A stretch of DNA of 42,578 nucleotides. Source: Candidatus Yanofskybacteria bacterium. GTDB lineage: Bacteria; Patescibacteriota; Minisyncoccia; 2-02-FULL-40-12; IGHO2-12-FULL-4. Under the pieces are notes generated by a model. The model saw nothing but the letters and a program-made list of their open reading frames with translations, searched no databases and had not been told where the DNA came from. Shown piece after piece: positions 1-7,759 of the stretch (within the stretch, counting starts at the first letter, position 1; each line of letters starts with the position of its first letter). The translations under genes and the position numbers were made by a program. The DNA lies in NCBI GenBank assembly GCA_016181105.1, contig JACOZX010000003.1:1-42578 (forward strand), in the 5' to 3' direction.

Positions 1-100
1 ACCAGAGTTCATCCGGTACTACAATACAGAAAGACCGCACATGGGTCTTGAGATGAAAACACCGATAGAAGTGGTCAGAAGCTATTGATTAGAAAACACA
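1..100 (+). mobile_element. 3' end of an IS481/IS3-like insertion sequence (transposase C-terminus, truncated by the window edge)
   Basis: Frame 2 (2..88) reads PEFIRYYNTERPHMGLEMKTPIEVVRSY*, the C-terminal motif of rve/DDE integrase-type transposases. Nt 79-97 (aagctattgattagaaaac) are identical to the reverse complement of 39082-39100, the outer end of the complete IS further downstream. Confidence 0.7.
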
Positions 101-224
101 ATTTGACTTTAGCAAGCCTTTTTGTTATCTTTTTTCAATACTTAAATTGTTTCGCAAGGTGAAACTCTATAGTTTTGAGTTTTGACTTTTAATTTTTAAG
201 TTTGACTGAGCGAAGCGAAAGAAT

Positions 225-635
225 GTGCCCACATTTAACCAACTTTTAAAAAGACCCAGAAAGAAAGTTAAAGCGAAAACAAAATCGCCGGCTTTGGCGT
301 ACAGTTTTAATAATATTTTAAATAGCCCGGTTTATCACGATTCGCCTTTTAAAAGAGGCGTGGCTTTAAACGTTAAAACTATCACCCCAAAAAAACCAAA
401 CTCTGCCTTAAGGAAAATCGCCAGAGTTAGGCTCACTAACGGCATGGAGGTTACCGCCTATATCCCAGGCGTGGGGCACAATCTTCAGGAGCACTCGGTG
501 GTTGTAATCCGAGGAGGCAGAGTGAAAGATCTTCCCGGTGTCCGATACCATATTGTCAGAGGTGTTTTAGATACCTCCGGGGTTGAAGGAAGAAAACAAG
601 AAAGAAGTAAATATGGGGCAAAGAGACCAAAATAG
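225..635 (+). CDS. rpsL: 30S ribosomal protein S12
   Basis: GTG start. Translation contains the conserved [20 protein letters not shown] and [17 protein letters not shown] blocks. Sits in the expected rpsL-rpsG-fusA-tuf order. Confidence 0.96.
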   Translation: MPTFNQLLKRPRKKVKAKTKSPALAYSFNNILNSPVYHDSPFKRGVALNVKTITPKKPNSALRKIARVRLTNGMEVTAYIPGVGHNLQEHSVVVIRGGRVKDLPGVRYHIVRGVLDTSGVEGRKQERSKYGAKRPK

Positions 636-752
636 AATTAATCTAATTCACCTAATTATTCTAATTAATCTAAAATTTGAAAATTGGGACTTGGGACTTG
701 TTTAGAACAATTAGAACAATTAGAACAATTAGAACAATTAGAACAATTAGAA
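636..752. repeat. Inverted arrays of tandem 9-mers (CTAATTNNN x4 at 643-673; TTAGAACAA x5 plus a partial copy at 702-752) with a GGGACTT x2 doublet between them
   Basis: Read directly. The reverse complement of the right array is (CTAATTGTT)n, so the two arrays can pair imperfectly. Confidence 0.85.
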
Positions 753-768
753 ATTTAGCGAAGCGCTT

Positions 769-1236
769 ATGAGACGTCCAGTGAAAAAGAAAATTAGGCT
801 TGAACCCGATACAAAATACTCAAGTAATCTTGTTGGTCGTTTGATTAACCAAGTCATGGGTGACGGTAAAAAACTTATGGCCAGAAAGATAGTTTACAGT
901 GCTTTGGCCGAAGCCGAATCAAAACTCAAAAAACCGGCGCTGGAAGTGATAGAGCGGGCAGTAGAAAATGCCGCTCCGCAGTTAGAGTTGAGGTCAAAGA
1001 GAGTCGGCGGCGCCAACTACCAAGTTCCTTACGAAGTTAGAGCGGACAGAAGATTGACTTTGGCTTTAAGGTGGATTGTTGGTTCGGCTCAAAAGGGCAA
1101 GGGGAAACCGATGAATAAGAAATTGGCCGAAGAAATTATTAACTCGTTCAATAATACGGGCACCGCAGTTAAGAAAAAAGAAGATATGCACAGAATGGCT
1201 GATGCCAATAAGGCTTTCGCCCATTTTGCCTGGTGA
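769..1236 (+). CDS. rpsG: 30S ribosomal protein S7
   Basis: 155 aa. Contains S7 blocks (GKK..A..IVY.A; [11 protein letters not shown]...R...LA.RW). TGA stop. Confidence 0.96.
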   Translation: MRRPVKKKIRLEPDTKYSSNLVGRLINQVMGDGKKLMARKIVYSALAEAESKLKKPALEVIERAVENAAPQLELRSKRVGGANYQVPYEVRADRRLTLALRWIVGSAQKGKGKPMNKKLAEEIINSFNNTGTAVKKKEDMHRMADANKAFAHFAW

Positions 1237-1244
1237 TTAAAATA

Positions 1245-1265
1245 GAGACATGAGACAAGAAACAA
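1245..1265. repeat. Heptamer array GAGACAT GAGACAA GAAACAA (left arm flanking the IVS-protein gene)
   Basis: Tandem 7-mers read directly. Nt 1245-1259 are complementary to 1622-1636 at 14 of 15 positions. The ATG of the enclosed gene (1250) lies inside this arm. Confidence 0.85.
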
Positions 1266-1621
1266 GCGGCCAAGTTGGATATAGGAAGTTGATTGTTTGG
1301 CAAAAGTCTCACCAGCTAGCCAAAGATATTTATAAGGTGACAAATGATTTTTTAAAGAGTGAATTATTTGGATTAACTAGCCAGATGAGAAGATGTGCTG
1401 TTTCGGTGCCAGCTAACTTGGTAGGGGGATATAGTAGAAAAACTATCAAAGATAAATTAAATTTTTTTGTTATTGCCAGATCGTCGTTGACAGAACTGGA
1501 ATATTACCTAGATTTATCTTTTGAATTAAATTATATAAAAGAAGAAAGTTATCACAAACTAACAGCTACAAGATCAGAAGTAGGTAGGTTGTTAAACGGC
1601 TTTATAAATTCTTTTCAATAA
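1250..1621 (+). CDS. Four-helix-bundle protein of the 23S rRNA intervening-sequence (IVS) protein / DGR Avd-like family
   Basis: 123 aa. YRKLIVWQKSHQLAKDIYKVT...FGLTSQMRRCAVSVPANL..GY...F..IARSSLTELEYYLDLS matches the hallmark pattern of this family (recognised from memory, not searched). Confidence 0.8.
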   Translation: MRQETSGQVGYRKLIVWQKSHQLAKDIYKVTNDFLKSELFGLTSQMRRCAVSVPANLVGGYSRKTIKDKLNFFVIARSSLTELEYYLDLSFELNYIKEESYHKLTATRSEVGRLLNGFINSFQ

Positions 1622-1650
1622 CTTGTCTCTTGTCTCTTGTTGCTTGTTGC
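1622..1650. repeat. Heptamer array CTTGTCT CTTGTCT CTTGTTG CTTGTTG (right arm, inverted relative to 1245-1265)
   Basis: Tandem 7-mers read directly. Its reverse complement is CAACAAG CAACAAG AGACAAG AGACAAG. Confidence 0.85.
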
Positions 1651-1654
1651 TAAG

Positions 1655-3723
1655 TTGAGAGAGTATCCAATAGAGAAAACTAGGAATATTGGCATTATCG
1701 CCCACATTGACGCCGGGAAAACAACTGTTTCCGAGCGTGTTTTGTTTTACACGGGAGTTTCCCACAAAATTGGCGAAGTTCATGAAGGTGATACGGTTAT
1801 GGATTGGATGGAGCAGGAGAGAGAAAGGGGAATCACAATTACCTCGGCGGCAACGACTGCTTATTGGACGCCGACAGGAACGTTGATACGCCCGGTCATA
1901 TTGATTTTACGGTTGAGGTCAAAAGATCTTTAAGAGTTTTGGACGGGGCGGTGGTTGTTTTTGACGGTGTGGCCGGTGTTGAGCCTCAATCAGAAACTAA
2001 CTGGCGTTATGCCGATGACTACAAAGTGCCCAGAATTTGTTTTATCAATAAATTGGATCGCTTGGGAGGTTCTTTTGAGAGATCGTTTCAATCAATTGTA
2101 GAGCGTCTGTCTCCTTTTGCCGTCAGGATGCAGATTCCGGACGGAGAAGAGGATCAGTTTAAGGGTGTCGTGGATCTGCTTGCCATGAAGTATTTCATTT
2201 TTGAAGGCGTTCATGGCGAACAAATCACAGAACAGCCGATTCCGGAGCATATAAAAGACAGAGCCGAAGAATTGCGCAATGTTCTTATTGAAAAAGTGGT
2301 GGAACAAGATGAATCAGCTATGGCCGACTATTTAGAGGGTAAAGAAATACCAATGGAAAGGCTCATGTCTATTATCAGAAAAGCAACGATTGAAAATAAA
2401 ATTATACTCGTCTTTACCGGTTCGGCCCTTAAAAACAAAGGTGTTCAGTTTATTCTTGATGCTGTCGTGAACTATCTGCCTTCACCAACTGATTTGCCGC
2501 CTGTATCAGGCACTGATCCCAAAACTGCTCAAGAAATTAAACGTGAAGCAAGAGACGAAGCGCCTTTTTCAGCTCTGGCTTTTAAGGTGGCGACGGACCC
2601 TTATGTCGGCCAGCTTACTTTCTTCCGTGTTTACTCCGGAACTTTGAGCAGTGGTTCTTATGTTTTAAATTCCTCAACCGGACAAACGGAAAGAATCAGC
2701 CGTCTTTTGCGCATGCACGCCAACGAGAGAGCTGAAATAAAAGAAGCTTTGGCCGGCGACATTGTTGCTACCGTCGGTTTAAAAGCCACCAAGACCGGAG
2801 ATACTATGTGCGAAGAAGCTCATCCCATAATTTTGGAAAAAATAGTTTTCCCGGAGCCGGTTATATCTTTGCGTATTGAACCTAAGACAAAAGCTGATCA
2901 GGAAAAAATGAGTCTGTCGTTAAAGAAACTTTCCGATGAAGATCCTACTTTTAGGATAAAAACCGATGAAGAGACCTTGGAGACGATTATTTCCGGAATG
3001 GGCGAGCTTCACCTTGATATATTGGTTGACCGTTTAAAGAGGGAGTTTGGTGTTAATGTTAATACTGGCCGACCTCAAGTTGCCTACAAAGAAACTGTTA
3101 CAACCATGTCAGAGGCGGAAGGCAAATATATCAGGCAATCAGGAGGCAGGGGTCAATACGGCCATGTTTGGCTAAGAGTTGAGCCCAAAGAGAGAAGTTC
3201 GGGTTTTGAATTTGCCGACGAGCTTAAAGGAGGAGCTATTCCTTCGGAATTTGTGCCGGCGATTCAAAAGGGTATTAAAGAAGTTTTGGATAAAGGCGTG
3301 GTTGCTGGTTTTCCGTTGGTTGACCTCAAGGTTACCGTTTATGGCGGTTCTTATCACGACGTTGATTCTTCAGAAATTGCTTTCAAAATTGCCGGAGCCA
3401 TGGCTTTGCAGGAGGGTGTAAAAAGATCCAAGCCGGTTTTACTTGAGCCGATAATGAAAGTTGAGGTCATAATTCCGGATAAGTTCATGGGTGAAACCAC
3501 GGGAGATTTAAGTTCCCGCAGGGGCAGGATAGAACAAATGAATGACCGGCCGCTCTTAAGCCTAAAGGTCATTGACGCCAAGGTGCCGCTTTCAGAAATG
3601 TTTGGCTATGCCACTTCCGTCAGATCTTTGACCGAGGGACGCGGCACTTTTACCATGGAATTTTCTCATTATGAGGAGGTGCCAAACAACATCGCCCAGT
3701 TGGTTATTGAAGGAAAAAAATAA
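1655..3723 (+). CDS. fusA: Elongation factor G, reading frame interrupted once (-1 shift needed between about 1867 and 1888)
   Basis: The N-terminal part (frame of 1637/1655) reads [23 protein letters not shown]...[23 protein letters not shown]. The rest (frame of 1804..3723) resumes at [23 protein letters not shown] and continues as full EF-G. TTG at 1655 is the likely start; the alternative is TTG at 1637. Confidence 0.9.
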
Positions 3724-3741
3724 TTTTGGTAAAATTTTCTA

Positions 3742-4044
3742 ATGGACTTAAGAGAAATAAAAAAAATAGTTAACGGTTTGGGCGGGGTTGTGATTGTTGA
3801 CAAAGACGGGTCGAGAACGGTTGTTTTGTCTTATGAAAAGTACATGGAACTATCCGGTCAAAATCAAGACGAACGGGATGACTCTGAACAGAAAATTAAA
3901 CTTAATCTCTACGCTGAAAACTTTAAAAACGGAGCGGCTGATCAGGAGGTTATAGAAAAGCTAAATCAAGATATTGCCATTTTGAAAGACGAAATCAGAA
4001 GGAAAGAACTGCAAGAACTTGGCCAAGAACTGGATTCCGCTTGA
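3742..4044 (+). CDS. Hypothetical protein (N-terminus weakly Phd/YefM-like, acidic coiled-coil C-terminus)
   Basis: 100-aa ORF filling the fusA-tuf gap. VIVDKDGSRTVVLSYEKYMEL resembles antitoxin N-termini. No partner gene is present. Confidence 0.5.
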   Translation: MDLREIKKIVNGLGGVVIVDKDGSRTVVLSYEKYMELSGQNQDERDDSEQKIKLNLYAENFKNGAADQEVIEKLNQDIAILKDEIRRKELQELGQELDSA

Positions 4045-4049
4045 AGTTA

Positions 4050-4077
4050 TTGACTAAAGTTGAATATTTGCTACAAT
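4050..4077 (+). promoter_or_regulatory. Sigma70-like promoter upstream of tuf (TTGACT, 16-nt spacer, TACAAT)
   Basis: -35 at 4050-4055 and -10 at 4072-4077, read directly. Confidence 0.5.
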
Positions 4078-4170
4078 GTTTAAACGTTTTAAAATACATT
4101 AAAAAGGAGCAATAAATGTTGGACAATATGCTCTGGCTAGTTGTTCGATGTTTATTATCCGGAATTTTAA

Positions 4171-5370
4171 ATGGCAGGTAAATTTGATAGGACAAAACCG
4201 CATCTGAACGTCGGTACTATCGGTCACGTTGACCATGGCAAAACTTCGCTAACAGCGGCTATTTTGCATACTCTTAACTTGCTGGGCAACGGTTATAGCG
4301 CCAGACTTGAGGGCGTAAATGAAATTGACAATGCTCCGGAAGAAAGAGCCAGAGGAATCACTATTGCCCTGCACCACTCGGAGTACGAAACTCCAAAAAG
4401 ACACTATGCTCACGTTGATGCTCCCGGTCACGCCGACTATATCAAAAACATGATTACCGGCGCCGCTCAAATGGACGCCGCCATCTTGGTGGTTGCCGCT
4501 TCTGACGGACCGATGCCTCAAACCAGAGAGCATATACTTTTAGCCAGACAGGTTGGAGTGCCAAACATCATTGTTTTTTTAAACAAAGTTGACCAAGTTG
4601 ACGATCCGGAACTTTTGGATTTAGTTGAAGCTGAAATCAGAGAGTTGCTTAATAAATATCAATATCCGGGCAATACTACCCCGATTATTCGCGGTTCCGC
4701 CATCAAAGCACTTGAAGCTAAGAGCAAGGATGATGCGGCCATTCAGCCTTTGGTTGAACTGGTAAAACAATTGGATGAATATGTTGTTGAGCCTGTCCGT
4801 GAAACCGATAAGCCTTTTCTTATGCCTATTGAGGATATCTTTAGCATTGAGGGCCGCGGCACGGTTGTTACCGGAAGAGTTGAAAGAGGCAAGGTCAAAA
4901 TTAACGAAGAAGTTGAAATTGTTGGTTTGACCGCGACACAGAAGACGGTTGTTACCGGCATCGAGATGTTTAACAAACAATTGGATGAAGGAATGGCTGG
5001 CGACAACGCGGGTGTTTTACTGCGTGGCGTTAAAAAAGAAGACATCTCCAGGGGTCAAGTTTTGGCTAAACCCGGAAGCATTACACCGCACACCGAATTT
5101 GAGACGGAAATATATGTTTTGACGAAAGAGGAAGGCGGCCGACACACCCCGTTTTTCAAAGGTTACAAACCTCAATTTTATTTCAGGACTACCGATGTTA
5201 CCGGTGAGGTAACTTTGCCCGAAGGAGCCGAGATGGTTATGCCCGGAGACACCGTTTCTGTAAAGGTTAAATTAATTGCTCCGATTGCCATGGAAGAAAA
5301 ACAAAGATTTGCTATTCGTGAGGGAGGAAAAACCGTCGGCGCCGGAGTTGTCACAAAAATCATCGCATAA
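4171..5370 (+). CDS. tuf: Elongation factor Tu
   Basis: 399 aa. [13 protein letters not shown] and NKVD GTPase motifs, with full-length EF-Tu similarity. Confidence 0.97.
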   Translation: MAGKFDRTKPHLNVGTIGHVDHGKTSLTAAILHTLNLLGNGYSARLEGVNEIDNAPEERARGITIALHHSEYETPKRHYAHVDAPGHADYIKNMITGAAQMDAAILVVAASDGPMPQTREHILLARQVGVPNIIVFLNKVDQVDDPELLDLVEAEIRELLNKYQYPGNTTPIIRGSAIKALEAKSKDDAAIQPLVELVKQLDEYVVEPVRETDKPFLMPIEDIFSIEGRGTVVTGRVERGKVKINEEVEIVGLTATQKTVVTGIEMFNKQLDEGMAGDNAGVLLRGVKKEDISRGQVLAKPGSITPHTEFETEIYVLTKEEGGRHTPFFKGYKPQFYFRTTDVTGEVTLPEGAEMVMPGDTVSVKVKLIAPIAMEEKQRFAIREGGKTVGAGVVTKIIA

Positions 5371-5375
5371 ATTAT

Positions 5376-5399
5376 AAGCCCCGCCTCATGGCGGGGCTT
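5376..5399 (+). terminator. 10-bp GC-rich hairpin after tuf (aagccccgcc tcat ggcggggctt)
   Basis: Perfect stem 5376-5385 / 5390-5399. No long T-tract follows, so it may act as an attenuator or processing site rather than a full terminator. Confidence 0.55.
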
Positions 5400-5419
5400 A
5401 GGTTTGTACCTTGCAACAA

Positions 5420-5755
5420 ATGTCCACTGAAAAGAAAAAAAATAAAGAAGTTGCCCAGAGAATAAGGATTAAATTAAAGGCTTATGACAGCAAGATTATT
5501 GATCGGTCGGCGAAACAAATTGTAGAGACGATAGAAAGATCCGGGGGTAAAGTTGTTGGTCCGGTGCCTTTGCCCACGTCTATACATAAATATACCGTTA
5601 ACAGATCAACTTTTGTGCATAAAGATTCGCGTGAACAGTTTGAAATGAGAGTTCACAAAAGATTGATTGATGTTGGCAGTCCAACTCCTAAGATTGTGGA
5701 TGCCTTAATGAACCTTAACTTGCCAGCCGGGGTGGACATAGAAATTAAAATGTAG
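5420..5755 (+). CDS. rpsJ: 30S ribosomal protein S10
   Basis: [10 protein letters not shown]...GPVPLPT...[26 protein letters not shown] at 5420; an in-frame TTG at 5411 is the alternative start. Confidence 0.95.
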   Translation: MSTEKKKNKEVAQRIRIKLKAYDSKIIDRSAKQIVETIERSGGKVVGPVPLPTSIHKYTVNRSTFVHKDSREQFEMRVHKRLIDVGSPTPKIVDALMNLNLPAGVDIEIKM

Positions 5756-5895
5756 ACTAGAATAATTAGCCAAGGAGATTATTCTAGTGTGCATTTTTAT
5801 GTACAAAATAAATCCAATAGTTTAAAAGTTTGAAGTTTTTGTATTTTCGGTTTAGTCGTATTTTGCCGGCTACAACCGGCCTTTTGTTTAAAACC

Positions 5896-6441
5896 ATGAA
5901 GTTTATTTTAGGAAAAAAATTAGGAATGTCCCAGATTTTCAGTGAGAATGGCAAAGTTGTGCCTGTTACTGTTATTTTAGCCAAACCGATGAATATCAGT
6001 CAGATAAAAAACCAAGAAAAAGACGGTTATTCTGCCGTGCAAGTAACTGCCGGCAAAAGCAAAAAAGAATATAGAGGCCAAACAGAAGAAATTAAGCTGG
6101 GTGATTTGGTTGACGTCTCCGTTTTTGGCGTAGGAGATTTGGTCAAAGTCAGCGGTATTTCTAAAGGTAAGGGTTTTCAGGGAGCGGTGAAAAGGCATGG
6201 TTTCCGCGGTATGCCGGCTAGTCATGGGCACAAGCATGTTAAAAGACATGTCGGATCCATCGGACAAAGATTTCCCCAGCACACTCTTAAGGGATTGCGT
6301 ATGGCCGGCAGAATGGGCGCGGATAGAGTTAGTGTTAGAGGTTTGAGTGTTGTAAGCATTGATAAAGAAAATAACTTGCTCGCTGTTAAAGGCGCTGTGC
6401 CCGGAAGAAAAGGCGTCCTTTTAGAAGTAAGAGGAAATTAA
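5896..6441 (+). CDS. rplC: 50S ribosomal protein L3
   Basis: MKFILGKKLGMSQIF...GKGFQGAVKRHGF. ATG at 5896 is chosen over the upstream extension of the 5830 ORF. Confidence 0.95.
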   Translation: MKFILGKKLGMSQIFSENGKVVPVTVILAKPMNISQIKNQEKDGYSAVQVTAGKSKKEYRGQTEEIKLGDLVDVSVFGVGDLVKVSGISKGKGFQGAVKRHGFRGMPASHGHKHVKRHVGSIGQRFPQHTLKGLRMAGRMGADRVSVRGLSVVSIDKENNLLAVKGAVPGRKGVLLEVRGN

Positions 6442-6454
6442 AAATAACAAGGTT

Positions 6455-7123
6455 ATGCAAGTAGACACATACAACCAATCAGGTGAAATTATCGGCAAAA
6501 CTGACTTACCAGAGGAAGTTTTCGGTTTGAAAATAAATTCCGATTTGTTGTCTCAAGTGGTTACGGCGCAATCAGCTAACGCCAGGCAGGTTATAGCTCA
6601 CACCAAAGATCGCAGTGAAGTCCGCGGCGGCGGCAAAAAACCTTGGCGTCAGAAGGGCACCGGCAGGGCAAGACATGGTTCCATCCGTTCTCCTTTGTGG
6701 AAGGGCGGCGGTGTCACTTTCGGACCCGGCAAGAATAGAAACTTCACTTTGAAAATTAACAAGAAGATGAAGAGAAAGGCTTTGTTTATGTCTTTGTCCG
6801 GCAAGGTTTCGGATAATCAAATGCTGGTTTTAGACAACATTAACATTGACCAAGCTAAAACTAAAAAAGCTCAAGAGATTTTTGATACATTATCTTCAAA
6901 ATCGTCCGGCTATATTAAAAATAAGAAAAAAAGAGACAGCATTCTTTTGATTCTGGGCAGTAGAGATAAGAATGTGGAGCGTTCCGCCGGCAATCTTTCT
7001 TTTGTTAAAACTTTGGACGCAAAAAGTCTGGATGTTTTTAGCATTTTGTCCAACAAGTTTGTTTTTTTAGATAAAAATGCAATTCCGGTTATTCAAGAGA
7101 CATATAAATTAAAGAGCAAATAA
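6455..7123 (+). CDS. rplD: 50S ribosomal protein L4
   Basis: KPWRQKGTGRARHGSIRSPLWKGGGV.FGP motif. Operon position fits. Confidence 0.95.
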   Translation: MQVDTYNQSGEIIGKTDLPEEVFGLKINSDLLSQVVTAQSANARQVIAHTKDRSEVRGGGKKPWRQKGTGRARHGSIRSPLWKGGGVTFGPGKNRNFTLKINKKMKRKALFMSLSGKVSDNQMLVLDNINIDQAKTKKAQEIFDTLSSKSSGYIKNKKKRDSILLILGSRDKNVERSAGNLSFVKTLDAKSLDVFSILSNKFVFLDKNAIPVIQETYKLKSK

Positions 7124-7126
7124 AAT

Positions 7127-7528
7127 ATGGCGTTTATAAATATTTTTAAAAAATCAAAAGAAAAGAAGGCTGTTGTTGAAGAAAAAGCCGTCCAGGAAAC
7201 TGGGGATGTTGTTAAAAATTCGCCAAGCCTTAATTTGAAAGGCGATGATTCTTCTTTTCAAGTTTTGATTGGTCCGCACATTACGGAAAAAGCCTCTTTG
7301 GCAAACAACATGAATCAATATATTTTTAAGGTTTTTGCAGATGCCAACAAAATCCAGATAAAAACAGCCGTTGAGAAGGTTTATGAAGTCGGAGTCAGTG
7401 ATGTAAAAATTTTAAATATGCCTGCCAAAAAGAGAAGACTGGGGAGGACAGAAGGAGAAAAGTCCGGTTTCAAAAAAGCCGTAGTTAAACTGGAAAAAGG
7501 TCACAAGATTGACTTAATTCCTAAATAA
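7127..7528 (+). CDS. rplW: 50S ribosomal protein L23 (with an N-terminal extension of about 40 aa)
   Basis: The C-terminal part reads PHITEKAS...YIFKV...ANK.QIK.AVEK.Y.V.V..V. Operon position fits. Confidence 0.92.
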   Translation: MAFINIFKKSKEKKAVVEEKAVQETGDVVKNSPSLNLKGDDSSFQVLIGPHITEKASLANNMNQYIFKVFADANKIQIKTAVEKVYEVGVSDVKILNMPAKKRRLGRTEGEKSGFKKAVVKLEKGHKIDLIPK

Positions 7529-7529
7529 G

Positions 7530-7696
7530 CTTGTCGGCAATTTGAACAAAGTGAAAAATTGCCGGTAACAAGCGAAACCCCTCACCACTTTTACTTATGA
7601 ACGGTCAACAATTTTAAGCTTAAAATTGTCCTAGTAAATATCGCTTACCGTTCAATAACAAAAAAGCAAACAAGTGTTGGTAAAAGTGGTGAGGGG
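7530..7696 (+). other. Two consecutive large hairpins between rplW and rplB (7530-7575 and 7578-7696)
   Basis: Stem 1: cttgt-cggcaattt pairs with aaattgccg-gta-acaag. Stem 2: cccctcaccactttta (7578-7593) pairs with taaaagtggtgagggg (7681-7696). Nested inside are ttatgaacggt/accgttcaataa and the palindrome acaattttaagcttaaaattgt (7608-7629). Confidence 0.7.
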
Positions 7697-7759
7697 TGCA
7701 GATATTCTAACAACTCAACGGCGCAATCAAAATTGCTTGTTTCGTTGAGAATAACTAGC

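Noticed and set aside
636-752. Possible CRISPR array (regularly spaced short repeats), also considered for 1245-1265, 1622-1650 and 37374-37463.
   Set aside because: The units are only 7-9 nt and directly tandem with no spacers. No cas genes are in the window. These are micro-satellite-like arrays, not CRISPR.
1245-1650. Diversity-generating retroelement, because Avd-like four-helix-bundle proteins are DGR accessory factors.
   Set aside because: No reverse transcriptase gene and no template/variable repeat pair with adenine-specific differences are visible within the window. The flanking repeats are short heptamer arrays instead.
5830-5895. N-terminal extensions of the L3 ORF (from 5830), the L2 ORF (from 7733) and the membrane protein ORF (from 30610).
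   Set aside because: The conserved protein N-termini begin at the internal ATGs: MKFILGKK at 5896, MPKIYKP at 7760, and the SD-preceded ATG at 30691. The upstream parts overlap hairpins or promoters.
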